IMG/VR virus record: IMGVR_UViG_3300033150_001117
Strand: one strand, 5' to 3'
Source of the DNA: an uncultured virus (IMG/VR IMGVR_UViG_3300033150_001117)
Lineage: Duplodnaviria; Heunggongvirae; Uroviricota; Caudoviricetes
DNA: 20,000 nt
Each line of letters starts with the position of its first letter. Positions within the stretch are counted from its first letter, which is position 1. Below the pieces are notes generated by a model. The model made no database searches, had not been told where the DNA came from, and saw nothing but the letters and a program-made list of their open reading frames with translations. The translations under genes and the position numbers were made by a program. Positions 15,441 through 20,000 of this stretch are shown here, in pieces.

Positions 15441-15703
15441 CCATGGCGGGACGGACCATCCGGCGGCCAGATGAGATTTGGCCACAGATCCGCGAGTGTC
15501 GGGAGGCGAAGGGTTGGACGCAGACCGAGCTGGCCAAGCGGATCGGGGTCGCGCCGTCATACATTTCGTTGATCGAGGGGGGCGGTCGGCCGGAGTTGTC
15601 GGTCGGGATGCTGCTGCGCCTGGCGGACGCGCTGGAGACCGGCTGGTGCTACGACGGCGATCGGATCATGTTCCGCCAGACCAGCCTGACCCCTGACCCC
15701 TGA
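15437..15703 (+). CDS. XRE/Cro-CI family HTH regulator
   Basis: IRECREAKGWTQTELAKRIGVAPSYISLIEGG...LLRLADALE. Confidence 0.9.
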   Translation: MTMAGRTIRRPDEIWPQIRECREAKGWTQTELAKRIGVAPSYISLIEGGGRPELSVGMLLRLADALETGWCYDGDRIMFRQTSLTPDP

Positions 15704-15725
15704 CCCCTGACCCCTGACCCCTGAC
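15685..15725 (+). repeat. Perfect heptamer tandem repeat (CCTGACC) x ~5.9
   Basis: Read directly; spans the XRE stop codon and abuts the TAAGGAGG RBS. Confidence 0.95.
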
Positions 15726-15740
15726 TAAGGAGGCTCGCCA

Positions 15741-16220
15741 ATGCTACCTGTAATGACCAGCCGCCAAGTCCGCAATGGCCAGTTGCGCGTGATGGGCGTG
15801 CAGCCGACGGCGTCCTACCACACGTCGGTCGGCCCCGGTGACGAGGTGGCCGTGCAGGAGGTCCGGCGCGAGCCGTTTCGGGCGGAGCGATTCTACGCTC
15901 GTGTGATTGCAGTGATAGACCACGGCTGCTACAAGCTCGTCAGCTACGAGCGAATCGAGGGCGGCAAGACTGGCGTGGCCCGCGTATTTGCCGCCGGCCC
16001 GCCGGATTGGGGCGTGATCGAGTTCCGGGTGATCCGTAAGGTTCACCGGCCGCTGCCTTCGCGGCAGGATCGCGGCGGCCCGCTATCGTCGCCGGATAAC
16101 CCCGTTGTGCGGCTGGCCAAGCCGGGGCGATGCCCGGTGTGCCGTCGGCTGTACGAGTGGCGGCCTCGCATGGGCTGGCCGTGCCTGGAGTGCCGAAGAC
16201 AAGAGGAGAACGAGCCGTGA
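15741..16220 (+). CDS. Hypothetical protein with C-terminal CxxC..CxxC zinc ribbon
   Basis: TAAGGAGG RBS; CPVC...CLEC. Confidence 0.7.
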   Translation: MLPVMTSRQVRNGQLRVMGVQPTASYHTSVGPGDEVAVQEVRREPFRAERFYARVIAVIDHGCYKLVSYERIEGGKTGVARVFAAGPPDWGVIEFRVIRKVHRPLPSRQDRGGPLSSPDNPVVRLAKPGRCPVCRRLYEWRPRMGWPCLECRRQEENEP

Positions 16221-16963
16221 AGGTATACAACACCACAAAGTACCCCAATTATTTCTTGCGGCGCATGGTTGCATGGTGCTGCCGGGAGATCGGGCTGCCG
16301 CTGAGACATGTTCGGGAGGCAACGTTCCGCAAGGGCGGGCGGTACCATCCGCGAGGTATTGCGGCATCGGGGCGCGCCTATTTCAACAGCGGACGGATCG
16401 TAGTCACGCACGGCTGTGCTGAGCCGATTTTTATCGACTACCAACAACGGAATGTAGCGCAGGTCAATAAAAGCCACGGGACGAACTGCCGCGATCCAGT
16501 GAACGTCGGAGGCCGAATCGTAGAGCGAGAGCAGGCAGCAGACCTGTTGCAACAGGAAAGGAGCGAGGGCGAGAGAGCTGTGCTTGACAGTTTGGTCAGC
16601 ACAACGGCCCACGAGCTGGTGCACCTGTGGTTCTACCACCAGGTCTCGATGACGCGGCGTGGCCGCCGGTCGGGCGGCTCCGAACGAGAGACATGCTGGC
16701 ACGAGAGGCAAGTGATGAAGAAATTCAGGGCCAGCCGCGACGAACTGCTCACTGCCTGGGGGAAGGAGCCGATGAAGAGGGCCGTGAAACCAAGGGTATC
16801 GCTCCAAGAGAAACGGGCCCAGGCGGCCAGGAAGAAACTCGCCGAGTGGACGCGGAAGCAACGGCTCGCCGCAACGAAGGTCAAGCAGTACAAGGCGAAG
16901 GTTCGCTACTACGATCGGGCAATGGCTGCGAAGAAAAGGGGGGCAAGTGATGAGTCTGATTGA
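16217..16963 (+). CDS. HExxH zincin (SprT-like) metallopeptidase-domain protein with basic coiled tail
   Basis: SGRAY strand, TTAHELVHL and downstream SE; GTGA-coupled start at 16217 with GAGGAG RBS. Confidence 0.7.
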   Translation: MKVYNTTKYPNYFLRRMVAWCCREIGLPLRHVREATFRKGGRYHPRGIAASGRAYFNSGRIVVTHGCAEPIFIDYQQRNVAQVNKSHGTNCRDPVNVGGRIVEREQAADLLQQERSEGERAVLDSLVSTTAHELVHLWFYHQVSMTRRGRRSGGSERETCWHERQVMKKFRASRDELLTAWGKEPMKRAVKPRVSLQEKRAQAARKKLAEWTRKQRLAATKVKQYKAKVRYYDRAMAAKKRGASDESD

Positions 16964-18503
16964 ACAACTGAGGCACGCCCGCCGGGTATCGGTGCCGCTC
17001 GTGGCGGTGCAGACGCCCGACCCGGCGGCCACGATGCAAACGATCGCCGCGTCGGACCTCAACGGCAAGCCCCCGCCGATCGTGGCGTGGGACATCGTGA
17101 GGGGCTGCCGACCGATCAATCTTGCCGGCAAGGAAGTCGCCGCGATCGACGGCGAGGACTCGATCGGGAATCCCGTCGCCTTCCTGGAGGCGGCCGTGAA
17201 GTTCCCGCCCCGGACGATCGCGTTCGTCTGCAACGCGCAGGAGTGCATGGACGCGCCTGTGTTCAGGCAAGGCGTCTGGAACCTCCGCGACCAGTTCAAG
17301 CGTGACCGGCGGATGCTCGTGCTATTGGCGCCGTCACTGGAGCTGCCGCCGTCGCTCAAGGATGATGTGGTGATGTTCGACGAACCGTTACCCGACGCGG
17401 AGGCCCTGGCTCGGATCGTGCGTGAGCAGGACGAGGCTGCCAATATCTGCTCGACCTGCGGCGGCAACGGCACGGATGCCGGGCTGGAGTGCGAAGAGTG
17501 CCACGGCTCGGGCAAGAGCAACCGCAAGTCAGCCGACGAGGGGACGGTCGCCCGGGCGGTCGCCGCAACGCAGGGCCTCTCAGCGTTCGCTGCCGAGCAA
17601 GCTGTGGCCATGTCCCTGCGCCCCGGCGGGATCGATCTCGACCACCTCTGGGAGAGCAAGCGGCAGCAGATCGAGCAGACGCCGGGCCTGTCGGTCTGGC
17701 GGGGCGGTGAGACGTTCGCCGATGTGTGCGGTTTAGCGCACGTGAAGAAGTTCCTTGGGCGGGTGCTCACGGGCAACCGTAAGCCTGACGCGGTATGCTG
17801 GGTGGACGAATTGGAGAAGATGGTCGCCGGCAGCGATGGGCAGTTCTCGGACTCCTCCGGCGTCTCGCAGGGAATCCTGCAGGCCCTGCTGACACACATG
17901 CAGGACCACGAGGCCCGCGGCCTGATCCTGCTCGGTCCCCCGGGAACCGGCAAGTCGCTACTGGCGAAGGCGACCGGCGGCGAGGCTGGCGTGCCGACGA
18001 TCGCATGGGACAGCAACGCGATGAAGGCCTCGCTGGTCGGTCAAAGCGAGGGCAACGTCAGGTCGGCATTAAAGGTGGTCTCAGCCGTGAGCGGCGACCG
18101 CTGCCTCTGGATCGCCACCTGCAACTCGGTCAGCGGCATCCCCACGGCGCTGCGGCGAAGGTTCGGCTACGGGATGTACTTCGTCGATCTCCCGGACTCG
18201 CAAGAGCGGAGCGCCATCTGGCGGTACTACCTGGCGCGACACGGATTCAGCCCAAAGAAAACAGAACTGCCGGCGGACGATGGCTGGACTGGGGCGGAGA
18301 TCCGCACGTGCTGCGAGCTGGCGTCCGACCTGAATTGCAAGCTCAGCGAGACGGCGGCTTACATCGTCCCTGTAGCCCTGGCCATGCCGGACGAGATCCA
18401 GGACCTCCGGAAGGAGGCGGACGGCAAGTACATGTCGGCCAGCCGCCCGTCAGTGTACCGCGCTCGCGGCGACGAGGCGCGTGGCCGGGACATCTGTGTA
18501 TAA
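16950..18503 (+). CDS. Ycf46-like AAA+ ATPase with permuted motif order and CxxCxGxG zinc-finger insert
   Basis: Degenerate N-terminal ATPase-like domain (LELPPSLKDDVVMFDEPLPD), GPPGTGKS, LVGQSE, IATCN, LRRRF, FVDLPD..ER..IW and GWTGAEI. Confidence 0.88.
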   Translation: MSLIEQLRHARRVSVPLVAVQTPDPAATMQTIAASDLNGKPPPIVAWDIVRGCRPINLAGKEVAAIDGEDSIGNPVAFLEAAVKFPPRTIAFVCNAQECMDAPVFRQGVWNLRDQFKRDRRMLVLLAPSLELPPSLKDDVVMFDEPLPDAEALARIVREQDEAANICSTCGGNGTDAGLECEECHGSGKSNRKSADEGTVARAVAATQGLSAFAAEQAVAMSLRPGGIDLDHLWESKRQQIEQTPGLSVWRGGETFADVCGLAHVKKFLGRVLTGNRKPDAVCWVDELEKMVAGSDGQFSDSSGVSQGILQALLTHMQDHEARGLILLGPPGTGKSLLAKATGGEAGVPTIAWDSNAMKASLVGQSEGNVRSALKVVSAVSGDRCLWIATCNSVSGIPTALRRRFGYGMYFVDLPDSQERSAIWRYYLARHGFSPKKTELPADDGWTGAEIRTCCELASDLNCKLSETAAYIVPVALAMPDEIQDLRKEADGKYMSASRPSVYRARGDEARGRDICV

Positions 18504-18514
18504 TGGAGGGTACA

Positions 18515-19423
18515 ATGAACGCTTCGCACAATCAGACGATGGCAGAGGCCATTCAGTCGGGCACCGTCATCTTGGAGGTGATCTTCCACAAGCCGGGAAT
18601 GACCCGCAGGGGCGACCTCGGCAAGGTCGAGACGGCCGCGGATAAAAACCAGCTTGGCCTGTCGAAAAAGATAATCAACTCGCCGGAGTACCGGGCGGTG
18701 CTGCACGTGGCCAAGGCCTGTCGGGAGTACCTCAAGGCCCTGGAGCTGGAGGCCCCATTCAAGACGGGGCGGCACCTCCTGCCGCTAAAGTTATTGCAGA
18801 AGGCGTACAGTCGCGTGGAGGAGGCCGAGACGGCCTACTCGGAGGCGGCGGACGCTTTCGTGGCCGTCTACCCGGCCCAGATCGAAATGGCCAAGGCGTC
18901 GCTGGCCGACCAGTTCGACCCGGCCGACTATCCCGACGCCGCCGAACTTCGCAAGCAGTTCTGGGTCGAGCGGCGGGTGTCGAGCTGGGACACGCCCGGC
19001 GAGGCGAAGATCGGCGAGTACCTGTACGAGCGGGAGTCGGCGCGCGTGGCGGAGGAGCTGTCGAGCGTTGCCGAGGACGCTAAGTTCGCCCTGCGTGAGG
19101 GGCTGCGGGGGCTGGCTACGGGGCTGGCGGAGAGCCTCGGCGAGCGGCCGGACGGCAAGCGAAGGCGGCTGAGCGCGTCGACGCTGGCGAAGGTCAGCGA
19201 CTGGCTGGCTTCCTTCGACGCCCGCAACGTATTGGGCGACTCGGAGCTGGCCGCCGTGGTGACGGACCTGCGGAGCGTCATCAACGGCCGCGGCCTCACG
19301 GAACTACGGACCAACGACGGCATGAGGGCGGCTGTGAAGGCCGAGCTGGAGAGGGCGGGCAAGACGCTGGACGACTTGCTGGTCGACGCGCCGGCGAGGG
19401 CAATTAGCTTCGGGGACGATTGA
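18515..19423 (+). CDS. DUF3150-like helical protein
   Basis: GGAGG before ATG 18515; G.HLLP, F...YP and FDPADYP pattern; adjacent to the AAA ATPase. The track ORF extension to 17795 is spurious. Confidence 0.6.
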   Translation: MNASHNQTMAEAIQSGTVILEVIFHKPGMTRRGDLGKVETAADKNQLGLSKKIINSPEYRAVLHVAKACREYLKALELEAPFKTGRHLLPLKLLQKAYSRVEEAETAYSEAADAFVAVYPAQIEMAKASLADQFDPADYPDAAELRKQFWVERRVSSWDTPGEAKIGEYLYERESARVAEELSSVAEDAKFALREGLRGLATGLAESLGERPDGKRRRLSASTLAKVSDWLASFDARNVLGDSELAAVVTDLRSVINGRGLTELRTNDGMRAAVKAELERAGKTLDDLLVDAPARAISFGDD

Positions 19424-19424
19424 A

Positions 19425-20000
19425 ATGGCTGAGACTACAGAACCATCGATTCGGTTCGTGGCCGAAGAAGTCCGGGCGACTTTGGCCAAGCGGAAGTCGC
19501 AGTTCCGGCGGGTGATCAAGCCGCAGCCGGATATCTCCCTTCTGAAGCCCGGTATCGTCCTAAAGGCCCATAAGTGCCCCGTGCTCGGCCCGTCGCACCA
19601 TGGTAAACGCGAGTGGGGTCTTTACGCTGAGCCCTTTGATCCGCGTAGCGTGCCCGCATTTGCCTACGATTGCCCCTACGGCCAAGTCGGGATGAAGCTG
19701 TGGGTCCGGGAGACTTGGGCCGAGGTTGAACTTGATGACGTTCAGGGCGACGTGATCTTCTGGAAGGCCACGGATGCGGCCCGCGAGATATCACCCGGCA
19801 TTACACTTGCCAAGTGGCGTCCCTCCATCCACATGCCCCGCTGGGCCTCTCGGATTCTCTTGGAGATCACGGGAATTCGCATGGAGAGGGTGCAAAGCAT
19901 CAGCGGAGAAGATTGCATCGCCGAAGGGTGCAAAAGTTGGAACGCGACATACTTGGACCTGCACTCCCCGATCCGGACGCCAGGGGACCATCTCTACGGG
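19425..20000 (+). CDS. Phage ASCH/PUA-like protein, truncated by window end
   Basis: Not in the ORF track. Reads MAETTEPSIRFVAEEVRATLAKRKSQFRRVIKPQP...CPYGQVGMKLWVRETW...WRPSIHMPRWASRILLEITGIRMERVQSISGEDCIAEG. Confidence 0.85.
   Translation, partial: MAETTEPSIRFVAEEVRATLAKRKSQFRRVIKPQPDISLLKPGIVLKAHKCPVLGPSHHGKREWGLYAEPFDPRSVPAFAYDCPYGQVGMKLWVRETWAEVELDDVQGDVIFWKATDAAREISPGITLAKWRPSIHMPRWASRILLEITGIRMERVQSISGEDCIAEGCKSWNATYLDLHSPIRTPGDHLYG

Noticed and set aside
16043..18016. Long antisense or alternate-frame ORFs (16043-18016-, 8289-9587+, 108-1001-, 12850-13776-)
   Set aside because: They overlap well-supported genes on the other strand, as expected in high-GC DNA.

Overview
High-GC, densely coding phage/prophage segment. 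It contains no structural genes, integrase, tRNA or canonical CRISPR array. From left to right: two glycosyltransferases (+); a long minus-strand recombination/replication arm (ParB-like protein, SF2 helicase, RecE-like exonuclease, RecT, small hypotheticals); a divergent plus-strand block (RusA, secreted protein, papain-like protease, small membrane proteins, HTH); then a promoter-driven block (XRE HTH, HExxH metallopeptidase, AAA+ ATPase, DUF3150-like, ASCH-like). Three features stand out. (1) A stand-alone RAMP/Cas7-like gene (7154-7882) is followed directly by a ~465 bp non-coding array of NN-GGA pentamers cut into 8 segments by CGGCCG punctuation. This is a candidate RNA-guided system with a gapped dinucleotide code (VIPR-like, but GGA instead of GGY). 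(2) An Sm/LSm-fold gene is followed by five translationally coupled mini-genes with a constant leader and variable (Ser-X)n hexamer cores. (3) The AAA+ ATPase has its Walker B segment placed before Walker A. All family assignments come from reading motifs by eye, not from database searches.
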